DNA of 63,561 bases, filler included, from Eubacteriales bacterium (lineage in GTDB: Bacteria; Bacillota; Clostridia; Oscillospirales; CAG-382): NCBI GenBank assembly GCA_045636665.1. It is 6 parts of 6 records of this genome, joined end to end, with 100 filler letters (N's around TTAATTAATTAA, not from the genome) between each part and the next. Parts side by side here need not be neighbours in the genome. Positions count along the whole stretch, not along the records: positions 1 to 17,440 come from JAZTXY010000079.1; positions 17,541 to 40,246 come from JAZTXY010000080.1; 4 more parts are not named here. The stretch is one strand, 5' to 3'. Of the stretch, positions 9,729 to 19,446 are shown piece after piece. How positions within the stretch are numbered: position 1 is the stretch's first letter; every line of letters starts with the position of its first letter. The position numbers and the translations under genes are program-made. The notes beneath the pieces were generated by a model, which was given only the letters and a program-made list of their open reading frames with translations, searched no databases and was not told the DNA's origin.

Positions 9729-11195
9729 ATGAAACGCTTAACCCTTATCGTTTTGATATTAATGATGTTTGTTGCTTGTATTTTTGCGGCTTGTGAAAGC
9801 GAGAGCGTAAACGGTTCGAGCAGTGCAATCGAGGAATCGAGCGAAATTTCGCTTGAAGAAAGCAAGAGCGAAAGCTCGGAAATTTCCGCCGAGAGCTCGG
9901 CAGAATCGGTTGAAGAATCGATTGATGAATCGGTTGAAGAATCGCTTGAAGCCGAATCTTCACTTCCCGACGAAGAAAGCAAGTCCGAGGAATCGAGCGA
10001 GCCCGATGAAGAAAGCGAGCCCGACGAAGAAAGCAAGCCCGACGAAGGTGAAGACGATAACGAAATTGAACGCGTTAAGGTTTTGTTCGCACGATACACG
10101 CAAAATCCGATTTTTGTTTTGATAGGCACCTGCGAGGAGGGTGCGGAGATTACCGCCGAATTTAACGGTCAATCGGTAACGGTTCCCTCTTACAAGGGTT
10201 GGTTTGAGCTTTCGCTTGAAAACAAAAACAACGCTTCGATTGTAAACGTTTCCTTTACCCAAAAGGTAAACGGCAAAACCACCGAAAAGCAAAACCTTAT
10301 GGCACGTCCCACAGAGCCCGAATATATGTGGGCACGCGCTATCGGCAGTAACAAGGCGTTTCAGTTCTTCCTTGACCTTATGGTGCCCGATTTTGAGGGT
10401 ACGAACCTTTTCCCCGAGCAATCGCTTAACCAGATGAAGGACCGCGTTACCACGCGCCTTAATCAGATGCATCAATACAACAAGGATGCCGAAATCATTT
10501 ATATGATCGTTCCCTCGCCGATGACAACTTATCCCGAGCTTGTGCCCGAAAGATATACTCAGACAAAGGGTGTGACCGCCTTTGACCAAGTAACGGGCAA
10601 GCTTAAGGAGGCAGGCGCAACGGTTATCGACCTTCGCGCTACCTTTAAGGAGCATAAAAACGACGAAATGCCGCTTTATTACAAGCTCGACTCGCACTGG
10701 GCGGATTACGGTGCTTATCTTGCTTACGTTGAGCTGTTCGAGCATATTTCGAAGAAATTCCCCGATGCAAAGCCGAGAGGCATTGACGATTTTAAATGGA
10801 CCGCAGATTATTACACGAGCGCAGACGCTTGTCTTTACCTCGGTATTCCGCAGGTTCAGGTTAAGGAATACGGATATTACCGCGAATTTAATTTCGCAGA
10901 CCCCGGCAACATTACCTCGGTGCCGAGATACAGAGGTATGCAGCTTATTTACAACGACCTCACCTGCAATGAAAAGGTGTTTACCACAAACAGAAGCAAT
11001 CTTCCCTCCTGCGTAGTCTTCCGCGATTCCTACAGCGCAGGTATTTATGACCTTATTCCCGAAAGAATGAATAAGACGCATTATATCGGTATGTGGAGCT
11101 ATGCTTGGCAGAATTGGACCATCAACAACGAAAAGCCCGATTACGTTATTTATATCGTTTCGGAATGGAACGCAAGAGAAATAGTTTATAATTGA
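9729..11195 (+). CDS. DHHW/AlgJ-AlgX-like SGNH acetyltransferase-type lipoprotein
   Basis: Lipobox FAAC, long acidic linker, YYKLDSHW and FRDSYS motifs, PDYVI at the C-terminus. Confidence 0.75.
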   Translation: MKRLTLIVLILMMFVACIFAACESESVNGSSSAIEESSEISLEESKSESSEISAESSAESVEESIDESVEESLEAESSLPDEESKSEESSEPDEESEPDEESKPDEGEDDNEIERVKVLFARYTQNPIFVLIGTCEEGAEITAEFNGQSVTVPSYKGWFELSLENKNNASIVNVSFTQKVNGKTTEKQNLMARPTEPEYMWARAIGSNKAFQFFLDLMVPDFEGTNLFPEQSLNQMKDRVTTRLNQMHQYNKDAEIIYMIVPSPMTTYPELVPERYTQTKGVTAFDQVTGKLKEAGATVIDLRATFKEHKNDEMPLYYKLDSHWADYGAYLAYVELFEHISKKFPDAKPRGIDDFKWTADYYTSADACLYLGIPQVQVKEYGYYREFNFADPGNITSVPRYRGMQLIYNDLTCNEKVFTTNRSNLPSCVVFRDSYSAGIYDLIPERMNKTHYIGMWSYAWQNWTINNEKPDYVIYIVSEWNAREIVYN

Positions 11196-11196
11196 T

Positions 11197-12519
11197 ATGA
11201 AAAGAATTTACCCTTATTTACTTGCGTTATATACGGTAATATTTTCGTTGACGGTCAACTGCTTTTCATTACTTGCCGAAAACACCGCGATGCTTACTTT
11301 GGCGGTTACGGTTTTTGCGATCCTTACCGTCGGAATGGGGTATTTTTGTATCAACACCGTTAAAACACGGCTTAGGATTTGCTTTCACGGCGCGGTTGCG
11401 CTTATCGTATTTCAGGCATCGACCGCCGTTGCCGTTATCGTTCACACGGTTTGGCTTGTTTTGGGAACAGAGGGCACCCAATTTTGGCAAAGCGTTATTT
11501 TCTGCTTTATTCTTGAATTTTTGCTGTTTTGGAACGGTATTCTTTGCGTATATTTCGCTTCCTACCGTCTTTCCTTGATGCAAAGAGTAAAGGGTGTTTT
11601 GGTTGGGCTTATTCCGATTTGGAATTTGATTGTTCTTAATTCCATCATCAAAACGGTTTTTGATGAGGTCAAGAGCGAAACCGAGCGCGAAGAAGAAAGA
11701 CGCGAAAAGGTTTTACTGCAGGAATGCAACACTAAATATCCAATCCTTCTCGTTCACGGCGTTTTCTTCCGCGACAGCAAGATTTTTAACTATTGGGGCA
11801 GGATTCCCAAGGAGCTTAAAATCAACGGTGCGAGGATTTTTTACGGCAACCACCAATCTGCCGACTCGGTCGCAAACTGTGCGAAAGAGCTAAGCGAGCG
11901 CATCGAGAGCATCGTTAAAGCGACGGGATGTGAAAAGGTGAATATTATCGCACATTCAAAGGGCGGACTTGATTGCAGATACGCTATTGCGCATTACGGC
12001 ATTGGTAAATACGTCGCATCGCTTACGACGGTAAATTCGCCGCACAGAGGTTGTGAGTTTGCCGAATATTTAAAGAATGAGCTTCCGAAGGAAACCGTTA
12101 AAAAAATCGAAGGCTTTTACAACAGAATTTGGCATCGGTTTGGCGATCACCACCCCGATTTTATGGCGGCGGTCACCGACCTTACGGCAAACGTATGTAT
12201 TGAGCGCGATAAGGAAATGCCGATTCCCGAAGGTATTTATTGTCAGAGCATCGGCTCGGTAATGAACGGCTCGGACGGCGGACGGTTTCCGATGAACCTA
12301 AGTTACGTGCTCGTTAAGCATTTCAACGGCGATAACGACGGGCTTGTAAGCGAGGATTCCTTTGCTTGGGGCGAAAGGTATACTCTGTTACGCACCGAAC
12401 GGGAGATTGGCATTTCGCATTGCGATATGATCGACCTTAACCGCAAGGACATAAACGGCTTTGACGTGCGTGATTTTTACGTCGACCTCGTTTCGGACTT
12501 AAAAGCGCGTGGATTTTAA
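11197..12519 (+). CDS. Membrane-anchored lipase-like alpha/beta hydrolase
   Basis: Several N-terminal hydrophobic segments; PILLVHG, AHSKGG, NDGLV, SH motifs. Confidence 0.85.
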   Translation: MKRIYPYLLALYTVIFSLTVNCFSLLAENTAMLTLAVTVFAILTVGMGYFCINTVKTRLRICFHGAVALIVFQASTAVAVIVHTVWLVLGTEGTQFWQSVIFCFILEFLLFWNGILCVYFASYRLSLMQRVKGVLVGLIPIWNLIVLNSIIKTVFDEVKSETEREEERREKVLLQECNTKYPILLVHGVFFRDSKIFNYWGRIPKELKINGARIFYGNHQSADSVANCAKELSERIESIVKATGCEKVNIIAHSKGGLDCRYAIAHYGIGKYVASLTTVNSPHRGCEFAEYLKNELPKETVKKIEGFYNRIWHRFGDHHPDFMAAVTDLTANVCIERDKEMPIPEGIYCQSIGSVMNGSDGGRFPMNLSYVLVKHFNGDNDGLVSEDSFAWGERYTLLRTEREIGISHCDMIDLNRKDINGFDVRDFYVDLVSDLKARGF

Positions 12520-12536
12520 TAACCGCTTTTCGTTAT

Positions 12537-12580
12537 AAAAAAGAAATCGAGCTTCTTTTAAAAGGAAGCTCGGTTTTTTT
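12537..12580. terminator. Bidirectional terminator
   Basis: A run, CGAGCTTC/GAAGCTCG stem, T run, between convergent genes. Confidence 0.7.
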
Positions 12581-12605
12581 GATTACTTTTGAATTATTAA
12601 AAGAC

Positions 12606-12639
12606 AAAGGCAGAGAGTTAATTACTCTCTGCCCTTTTT
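12606..12639. terminator. Second terminator hairpin
   Basis: GGCAGAGAGT-TAATT-ACTCTCTGCC. Confidence 0.65.
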
Positions 12640-12658
12640 ATTACGTTTTGTTTACAGC

Positions 12659-14176
12659 TTATTCGCCGAAGCACTGTTCAACAAGCTTGTCGATACCTGC
12701 TTGGAATACGGGACGCTTGGATTCGAGCAAGGACATAATGTTCGCGCCCTTGTTATCCTTTTGTCCGAGAAGGGTTGTATAGAAATAGAGGGTACCGGTA
12801 CCGGAGGTGCTGTTGGTGAAGTCAAATACAGCGCCCATATCGTAGGTTCTGTTACGGAAGATGAGGTCGAGCATTTCAGCGGATTCATCATCGGTAAAGC
12901 GCTTGTAGGTAAGGGTTCTGTCGTAATATTCGGGAGTAACGAGTTGCTTTCCGTAGTATGCCATTGCTTCAAGCGCATAGCAGGTAACGTCGAGCTTTTC
13001 GATGTTGGTTTTGGGAATGCAGAATACCGAATAGTGATATACGTTTACTGCGGTGGTATATTCGTCCTGAAGCTCGTCTGCTTTAGGCATGGGAAGGATA
13101 CCGTAACGGATTTCTGCCTTACGGATAAGCTCTTCACCAACGGTGGTGATGGAGCTGGGCATAAAGAGAGCGTTACCGTTTGCGAAAATTTCGGTTCTTT
13201 GACCGTAAACGCCGCTATCCCAAGGACCGTGGTGGTCTGCTACGCCAACGTTTTCAAAGTCGAAAATGATTTCTGCGAGGTTGAAGTAAACTTCAAGGTT
13301 ACGTTGATCGTCGATACGGATAACGGGCTTTTCGCCGGTGTTATCGATAAGACGCTGACCGCAGCCCTGCATGAATTGGTAATAGTCATAGGATTGCGCT
13401 ACCATACCCCATTGGTCGCCGACCTTAGGATCGTAGGATTTTTGCGAGCCGTGAGTCATCGAAACGTTTTGAAGCATTTCGTGCATGGTATCGAGGTTCC
13501 AACGGTCTTCCTTAACGAGATCGTAGGGGCTTTCGAGATTGTGGCTTTGGATGAGGTCCTTGTTGAAATAGATTGCCCAAGTTGCTTGGTCATCTTCAAC
13601 GAGCGCGTCGCCGGTGATGAAGAAGTTCTTGCCGTTGAGCGAAATATCTCTTTGGAGGGTTTGGTCCCACCATTCTTTATCGAGCTGAATATAGCCGTTG
13701 TTGATCGAGTTGAAGTCCAAAAGGTTACCTTCGGATGCGAGAGGAGTTGCATAAACGATTTGGCTAACGAGCGCATCATATTCATTAAGGCCGCTGGTCA
13801 TATCGTCGCGGAGGACTTGAATAAAATCTTCGCCTTCTGCCGCATAGTGAGCAACGATGTTAATACCGAAACGGTCTTGGATGATAGCATTTCTTTCGAA
13901 AAATGCGTCGTTGATAGGTTCGCCGGTAAGCTCTTCGGTAGCAACCTGACAGGTCGAGAACTCATAGCTCATATCGTAAGTAAGAATGTTTACGTCGACA
14001 CCGCCCCAATTCTTTTCTTCGGTAACAAAGCCTGCGTGGATTCCGGTTTCTGCTTGGCTTTGGTCGCCGTTGTTTCCTTCGGAACCCTCTGCGCCGCTAT
14101 CTTCGCACGCAGTCAAAACGAGAACCGATGATGCGAGGATAAAGCAAAGGAATAAGCATAACAATTTCTTTAACAT
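12659..14176 (-). CDS. Extracellular solute-binding lipoprotein (carbohydrate ABC type), without adjacent permease genes
   Basis: Lipobox LTAC; YFNKDLI, FANGNALF, YGILPMPK, LEAMAYY, DDESAEMLDLI. Confidence 0.8.
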   Translation of the reverse strand: MLKKLLCLFLCFILASSVLVLTACEDSGAEGSEGNNGDQSQAETGIHAGFVTEEKNWGGVDVNILTYDMSYEFSTCQVATEELTGEPINDAFFERNAIIQDRFGINIVAHYAAEGEDFIQVLRDDMTSGLNEYDALVSQIVYATPLASEGNLLDFNSINNGYIQLDKEWWDQTLQRDISLNGKNFFITGDALVEDDQATWAIYFNKDLIQSHNLESPYDLVKEDRWNLDTMHEMLQNVSMTHGSQKSYDPKVGDQWGMVAQSYDYYQFMQGCGQRLIDNTGEKPVIRIDDQRNLEVYFNLAEIIFDFENVGVADHHGPWDSGVYGQRTEIFANGNALFMPSSITTVGEELIRKAEIRYGILPMPKADELQDEYTTAVNVYHYSVFCIPKTNIEKLDVTCYALEAMAYYGKQLVTPEYYDRTLTYKRFTDDESAEMLDLIFRNRTYDMGAVFDFTNSTSGTGTLYFYTTLLGQKDNKGANIMSLLESKRPVFQAGIDKLVEQCFGE

Positions 14177-14389
14177 AATCTAACCCTCTTTTCATTTTTT
14201 AGAAAAGTAAACCCACAAGTGAATTTACTCAACCGTATATTTACTTCATTTTATACTATTGCGTGTCATTAGTCAACCGTTGAGTGACATTTTTGTCATT
14301 TTTAACAAAAAAATCACTCGACGCGCAGTGTGGCAAAATTTGACAGAGTGATTGAAGTAATATTTTTAAAAAACAAAAAGGAGTTAAAA

Positions 14390-14710
14390 ATGGAAATCGG
14401 TTGCAAGACAGAGGGCAACGCGACGGTTGCATACCTTGTGGGTGAGATAGACCATCACAACGCGGTAACGGCGCGCGCGGCGCTTGACGAGATAATCGAG
14501 CAGACCAAGCCGATAAGGTTTGGAATCGACCTTTCGGGAGTCACCTTTTGCGATTCGTCGGGCTTGGGCTTGGTTATGGGCAGAATGAGAAAATGCCAGA
14601 CGGTCGGAAGCAGTATGTTTATTAAAAATCCGTCGGCTGCGGCACAAAGGATGCTTGAAATTGCGGGGATGGACAGAATTTTAAAGATTGAAAGAGGTGT
14701 GAAGGTATGA
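14390..14710 (+). CDS. spoIIAA: Anti-anti-sigma F factor
   Basis: STAS domain, GEIDHH and FCDSSGLG; AGGAG RBS before ATG 14390. Confidence 0.93.
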   Translation: MEIGCKTEGNATVAYLVGEIDHHNAVTARAALDEIIEQTKPIRFGIDLSGVTFCDSSGLGLVMGRMRKCQTVGSSMFIKNPSAAAQRMLEIAGMDRILKIERGVKV

Positions 14711-15153
14711 GCGAAAAGACGGCAAATACGATGAGGATAGATTTTGTTGCAAAGAGCGTTAACGAATCGTTTGCGAGAAGCGCTGTTGCGGCTTTTGCGG
14801 CATTGTCCGACCCGAGCGTTTCGGTTATTGCCGACATAAAGACGGTTGTCAGCGAGGCGGTCACAAACGCAATAGTTCACGGCTATGCAGGGTTTGAAAA
14901 CAAGCAGGAATGCGTTATTTCAATCGTTTGCAAGCTGACCGAGGGCGGAAAGCTTATTATTCGCATTAAGGACAAGGGACGAGGGATCGAGGACGTACAT
15001 ACGGCGATGCAGCCGCTTTACACGACCGACACGGACGGCGAGCGAAGCGGTATGGGCTTTACGGTGATGCAGTCCTTTACCGACAGCATCCGTGTTCGCT
15101 CGGCGGTTGGAAAAGGGACTGTCGTTACGCTTGAAAAGAGGATTAAAAGGTGA
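14707..15153 (+). CDS. spoIIAB: Anti-sigma F factor (Ser kinase)
   Basis: NESFAR, VSEAVTNAIVHGY, ERSGMGFTVM. Confidence 0.95.
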   Translation: MSEKTANTMRIDFVAKSVNESFARSAVAAFAALSDPSVSVIADIKTVVSEAVTNAIVHGYAGFENKQECVISIVCKLTEGGKLIIRIKDKGRGIEDVHTAMQPLYTTDTDGERSGMGFTVMQSFTDSIRVRSAVGKGTVVTLEKRIKR

Positions 15154-15854
15154 CTAAAAGCGCAAACGCTTTGTTGATAAAACGCGCTCAGGACGGCGAC
15201 AGTGCCGCACTTGACGAGCTTGTAAACGATAATATCGGGCTTGTACGTTCGGTTGCGATGCGGTTTTTGGGGCGCGGTGTTGAATACGATGACCTTTGCC
15301 AAATCGGGCATATCGGGATGATTCGGGCGATACGAAACTTTGACCTTACGCGCGGCACCGCCTTTTCTACCTATGCCGTGCCGCTTATTATCGGCGAGAT
15401 AAAACGCTTTTTGCGTGATGACGGCGAGATTAAGATAGGGCGCGAAATCAAACGGCGAAGCGCGATGATAATGGCAGAGCGCGAGAAATTCATTAATACC
15501 CACAACCGCGAGCCGAGTGTTTCGGAGATTGCAAAAATTTGCAATCTAAGCGAGGAGGATACCGTTGAAAGCATAAACGCCTCGTCCTGCCTCGTTTCGC
15601 TTTCCGAAGCCGTTGGCGAGGACGGTACGCTTGAAGACCTTATCGGGGTTGATTTCACACCCGAAATAAACGAAAAGATTGCCCTAAAGCAGGCAATCGA
15701 AAGGCTTCCGACCGAGGAAAAGAGGATTATTTATTTGCGGTATTTTAAGTGTATGACGCAAAGCGAAGCAGGCTTGCTTCTTGGGATGACGCAGGTTTCG
15801 GTTTCGAGAAAGGAAGCGAAGGCGCTTAGCCGATTGAAGGAGCTTTTGATTTAA
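15150..15854 (+). CDS. sigF: Sporulation sigma factor F
   Basis: FSTYAVPLIIGEIKRFLRDDG, TQVSVSRKE; third gene of the spoIIA operon. Confidence 0.92.
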   Translation: MTKSANALLIKRAQDGDSAALDELVNDNIGLVRSVAMRFLGRGVEYDDLCQIGHIGMIRAIRNFDLTRGTAFSTYAVPLIIGEIKRFLRDDGEIKIGREIKRRSAMIMAEREKFINTHNREPSVSEIAKICNLSEEDTVESINASSCLVSLSEAVGEDGTLEDLIGVDFTPEINEKIALKQAIERLPTEEKRIIYLRYFKCMTQSEAGLLLGMTQVSVSRKEAKALSRLKELLI

Positions 15855-15855
15855 C

Positions 15856-15887
15856 AAAAAAGAACCGACAAAAATCGGTTCTTTTTT
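15856..15887. terminator. Bidirectional terminator
   Basis: AAAAAAGAACCGA/TCGGTTCTTTTTT between convergent genes. Confidence 0.75.
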
Positions 15888-15891
15888 ATGC

Positions 15892-17052
15892 TTATTTGTT
15901 TTCTTTATCGTAGATATGATTTTCGGAAATGATTCTTTCGATATAGTTGCAAAATTCCGAGCCGCTATAAATCAGCGCCTTATCGACCTCGGAATTGAAA
16001 TCGCCCGATGAGGCGTTTCCGCGCTCGCCGATGAAGAATTCACGAGGGATGGGAGAAAGGATTATTACGTTCTTTTCGCCCTTTTGAGGTCTTTCAAGCT
16101 TATATTTAAGCAGCTTTTCCGACGAGAAAATATCGATTTTGAAGAAATAAAAGGTATGTACTCTTTTAACCTCGCCGTTGCCGAGGAAATAAAGCGGAGT
16201 TTTACGCAATATAGTGGGGATGAGCACGCAATTAAAGCGAACGTTTTTGTGCTCGAGCGTGAATTGCATTACCTGCTGACGCAAAACGGCTTTACACACG
16301 CCCTTGGGCTCTTTATAGCGCACAGAGTTTTCACGGCAGGCTTTGGCAAGCTTTTTGAAGAATCGGCGCTGAATGCTTAAAGCGCGTATTCTGCGCCAGA
16401 TGAAGAGAAGGACAAGCAAACCGACCAATGCGCCGAGCGCAACGAAAAGATACATTCCGACTGCGGCAAATATAGCGCCGAAGAGCTCACGTCCGATAAG
16501 CGAAAGAACGCACAAAAGTCCGATAACGGCAAACCAGATTGCAACGTGAATTGCCATTCTTACTGCGGTAATGCCCTTGTTTTCGGGGATTTTTGCACCC
16601 TCACGAGAGTAGGCAAACCAATTAAGACGCGCAAAGAAATCGGCAATAAGCAGAAACGCAAGTGTTACCAAGAATGCGTATGCATCCAAAATAACGAGAT
16701 TCCAAGCGGAAAATACGGCAACAAGGGTTAAAAATTCAAGGTCTTTAAACATCGAAACGATTTCACTGCCGAAGGAGAACGATTCCTTTTCCTTGCTTTT
16801 TTCGATATAGGCTGCGCGCTTTGCGGTGTTTGCAAAGCAGACGTCGAAGCAAAAAGCAAGGAACGCAACAGCGGTAACCGCTGCGGCAACGGTGAAATAG
16901 GATTCGGGATAGCCGTTGACCTCGGTATTATCGTTTGAATAAAAGATAGAAACCAAGCCGTAGATGCATTTTGTTATAAAATAGTAACCCCAAAAGGCAA
17001 CGGTCGAAAGCAATGCGCTTCTTCCGAAGGGTATGAGTTTTTGCACGTTCAT
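15892..17052 (-). CDS. Hypothetical multi-pass membrane protein with soluble C-terminal domain
   Basis: 386-aa ORF with about six hydrophobic segments; no family recognised. Confidence 0.75.
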   Translation of the reverse strand: MNVQKLIPFGRSALLSTVAFWGYYFITKCIYGLVSIFYSNDNTEVNGYPESYFTVAAAVTAVAFLAFCFDVCFANTAKRAAYIEKSKEKESFSFGSEIVSMFKDLEFLTLVAVFSAWNLVILDAYAFLVTLAFLLIADFFARLNWFAYSREGAKIPENKGITAVRMAIHVAIWFAVIGLLCVLSLIGRELFGAIFAAVGMYLFVALGALVGLLVLLFIWRRIRALSIQRRFFKKLAKACRENSVRYKEPKGVCKAVLRQQVMQFTLEHKNVRFNCVLIPTILRKTPLYFLGNGEVKRVHTFYFFKIDIFSSEKLLKYKLERPQKGEKNVIILSPIPREFFIGERGNASSGDFNSEVDKALIYSGSEFCNYIERIISENHIYDKENK

Positions 17053-17060
17053 AATTTTAC

Positions 17061-17399
17061 CTATTTTTTGTCTTTTTCCGAAATACCGCGGATGAGCTTG
17101 TAATATTCATAGGCGGCGCGTTCGGTTTTGTTGTCGCCGAAGGTATAAAATTCGCCCTCTTTGATATCGTTGGGGAGATATTTTTGAGCAACGTAGTGAT
17201 TGGGATAGACGTGGGGATATTTATATCCGTTGTCGGCATTGGGACGGTGGGTATCACGCAAATAAGAGGGTATATCCCTTCCCCTGCCGCTGTTTATCGC
17301 TTGAACCGCCGCGTGGTAGGCGTCGTGCGCGGAATTTGATTTCGGCGCGGTTGCCAAAAGCACCACCGCATCGGCAAGCGGAAGCGATGCTTCGGGCAG
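17061..17399 (-). CDS. rarA: Replication-associated recombination protein A, C-terminal part (truncated by contig end)
   Basis: LPEA..PLA..V..LATAPKSNSA, IPSYLRD, YKYPH, QKYLP. Confidence 0.88.
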   Translation of the reverse strand: MPEASLPLADAVVLLATAPKSNSAHDAYHAAVQAINSGRGRDIPSYLRDTHRPNADNGYKYPHVYPNHYVAQKYLPNDIKEGEFYTFGDNKTERAAYEYYKLIRGISEKDKK

Positions 17400-17440
17400 A
17401 AGTCGGATCGTAGCCATGTCGCTCTGTGAGCCAAGGAGGT
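17400..17440 (+). other. Untrimmed MGI/BGISEQ sequencing adapter
   Basis: AAGTCGGATCGTAGCCATGTCGcTCTGTGAGCCAAGGAG matches the MGI adapter as I recall it, at a contig end. Confidence 0.9.
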
Positions 17441-17540
17441 NNNNNNNNNNNNNNNNNNNNNNNNNNNNNNNNNNNNNNNNNNNNTTAATTAATTAANNNN
17501 NNNNNNNNNNNNNNNNNNNNNNNNNNNNNNNNNNNNNNNN
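17441..17540. other. Artificial contig linker
   Basis: N run, TTAATTAATTAA (stops in all six frames), N run. Confidence 0.98.
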
Positions 17541-17820
17541 CAGAACCGGGGATACAGAAAGCTTGGAGACCGATACCGATAGCTGCAGCAGCATCAGCCG
17601 CCTTGGTGCAGCCCTTCTTAATTGCGATTGCGCAACCTACGGTGTAAGCCCAAATTGCGTTTTCGAAACAGATAGGTTGAGTACCGCGAACGATTTTATC
17701 GCAGTCGATACCTTTAGCGAGAGTGATTTCTTTGCACTCCTCGATGGAGGAAATGCCGTATTCTTTAAGAACTGCGTTGATTTTATCAACACGTCTTTCA
17801 TAACCTTCAAACAATGACAT
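17541..17820 (-). CDS. GGGtGRT-family protein, N-terminal part (truncated)
   Basis: MSLFEGYERR...QPICFENA.WAY.VGCAIA...GLQAFCIPGS. Confidence 0.85.
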
Positions 17821-17837
17821 GGTATTACCTCCTTTAA

Positions 17838-18533
17838 TTATTCATGACGGGGGTCAATATACTTGACCGCATCATCAAATCTGCCATAAGTGCCGATAGA
17901 TTGCTTGTATGCTTCGTTGGGTTCAACGCCCTTCTTGATGAGGTCGGTCATTTTGCCGAGCGAAACGAATTCGTAACCGATAACTTCATTGTTTTCATCA
18001 AGAGCCATACGAGTGCAGTAGCCTTCGGTCATTTCGAGATAGCGAACGCCCTTGTCCTTGGTACCGTACATAGTACCAACCATTGAGCGAGAGCCCTTAC
18101 CGAGGTCTTCCATACCTGCGCCGATAACAAGACCGCCTTCGGAGAAAGCAGATTGCGAACGACCGTAAACGATTTGGAGGAAGAGTTCGCGCATTGCGGT
18201 GTTGATCGCATCGCAAACAAGGTCGGTATTGAGAGCTTCAAGAATGGTTTTGCCGGGGAGAATTTCAGCTGCCATAGCTGCCGAGTGAGTCATACCCGAG
18301 CAACCGATGGTTTCAACAAGAGCTTCTTCGATAATGCCGTTCTTAACATTAAGCGAAAGCTTGCAAGCGCATTGTTGAGGTGCACACCAACCCACACCGT
18401 GAGTGTAAGCGGAAATGTCTTCGATAACTTTTGCCTGTACCCAATTGCCTTCTTCAGGAATAGGAGCAGGTCCGTGCTTAGGGCCTTTAGCCACAACGCA
18501 CATGTGTTCAACTTCTTTTGAATACTGCAACAT
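17838..18533 (-). CDS. IscU/NifU-N-like protein, the usual partner of GGGtGRT
   Basis: HGPAPIPEEG, GVGWCAPQQ, ETIGCSGMTHSA, LVCDAIN. Confidence 0.82.
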   Translation of the reverse strand: MLQYSKEVEHMCVVAKGPKHGPAPIPEEGNWVQAKVIEDISAYTHGVGWCAPQQCACKLSLNVKNGIIEEALVETIGCSGMTHSAAMAAEILPGKTILEALNTDLVCDAINTAMRELFLQIVYGRSQSAFSEGGLVIGAGMEDLGKGSRSMVGTMYGTKDKGVRYLEMTEGYCTRMALDENNEVIGYEFVSLGKMTDLIKKGVEPNEAYKQSIGTYGRFDDAVKYIDPRHE

Positions 18534-18573
18534 TGTAGTAATCCTTTCGTGATTTAATTTTTATATTTTAAAT

Positions 18574-19149
18574 TTATTTTATAATTTCAGCGTATACTTC
18601 GCCAACGCAACATGCCGCATTTGCTTCATCGGTGTCAATGTGAACTGCGGGAGCAAAGTTGGGGTTAACACGAACAACAACGTCGCCAAAGATAAGCGAA
18701 CGGCCTTCGGTATCAACCTTTGCGGAAACGATTTGCTTATCGTTAACGCCAAGCTCTTCTGCGGTTGCAGGGTCAAGGTGAATATGACGCTTAGCTGCAA
18801 TAGCACCTTCGGCGATTTCAACTTCGCCTGCAGGGCCTACAAGCTTTAAGCCTGCGCTGCCTTTAACGTCGCCGGATTCACGTACGGGAACGGAAATACC
18901 AAGCGATCTTGCATCGGTAAGCGAAATTTCAACCTGAGTTGCAGGTCTTGTCGGGCCAAGGATAAGAACGTTTGCAATGGAGTTCTTAGGGCCTACGAGA
19001 GTGATTCTTTCGTTGCTTGCAAATTGACCGGGTTGAGAAAGCATTTTCTTAACGGTAAGGGTTTGTCCTTTGCCGAGAAGGGTTTCCATATCAGCTTCCG
19101 AAAGATGTACGTGTCTTGCGGAAGTTTCTACAAGTATCTTTTTAGACAT
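18574..19149 (-). CDS. pduL: PduL-type phosphate acyltransferase
   Basis: SARHVHLS, LSQPGQFA, QVEISLTDA, RHIH, HIDTDEANA. Confidence 0.93.
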   Translation of the reverse strand: MSKKILVETSARHVHLSEADMETLLGKGQTLTVKKMLSQPGQFASNERITLVGPKNSIANVLILGPTRPATQVEISLTDARSLGISVPVRESGDVKGSAGLKLVGPAGEVEIAEGAIAAKRHIHLDPATAEELGVNDKQIVSAKVDTEGRSLIFGDVVVRVNPNFAPAVHIDTDEANAACCVGEVYAEIIK

Positions 19150-19446
19150 AGTTATGCTCCATCCTTAAATTTTTTGTATCCAAGTAATTATATATCAAAA
19201 CTTTTAATTTGTAAATAAATTTTATAAAATATTTTGGTACAAATTGTTTTTTGGTGGATTAATATTTATAACTACACGACACTTTTGGAAAATTTGGTGC
19301 GTAATTACTAAATATCACTTTTTCTTTTCTTATTTTAAGCTTAATTAATAAGTCATAATCCAAAGAAATTGACGATTAATTATTGAAAAAGGTAATTGTA
19401 TATGATATAATAACCTTTATTAAGTGGATAATAGGAGTAATATGCA

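Noticed and set aside
12701..14131. Long antisense ORFs (also 9960-11081, 31531-32733, 42536-43852, 60547-61404)
   Set aside because: They are shadows of well-supported genes on the other strand and carry no recognisable motifs.
17441..17540. TTAATTAATTAA within N runs, five times in the window
   Set aside because: Artificial six-frame-stop contig linker; ORFs that cross it are not real.
19200..19440. AT-rich region as a replication origin or Rex operator (TTGGTGCGTAATTACTAA near 19294)
   Set aside because: I found no DnaA-box cluster and the Rex match is weak; it is best explained as divergent promoters.
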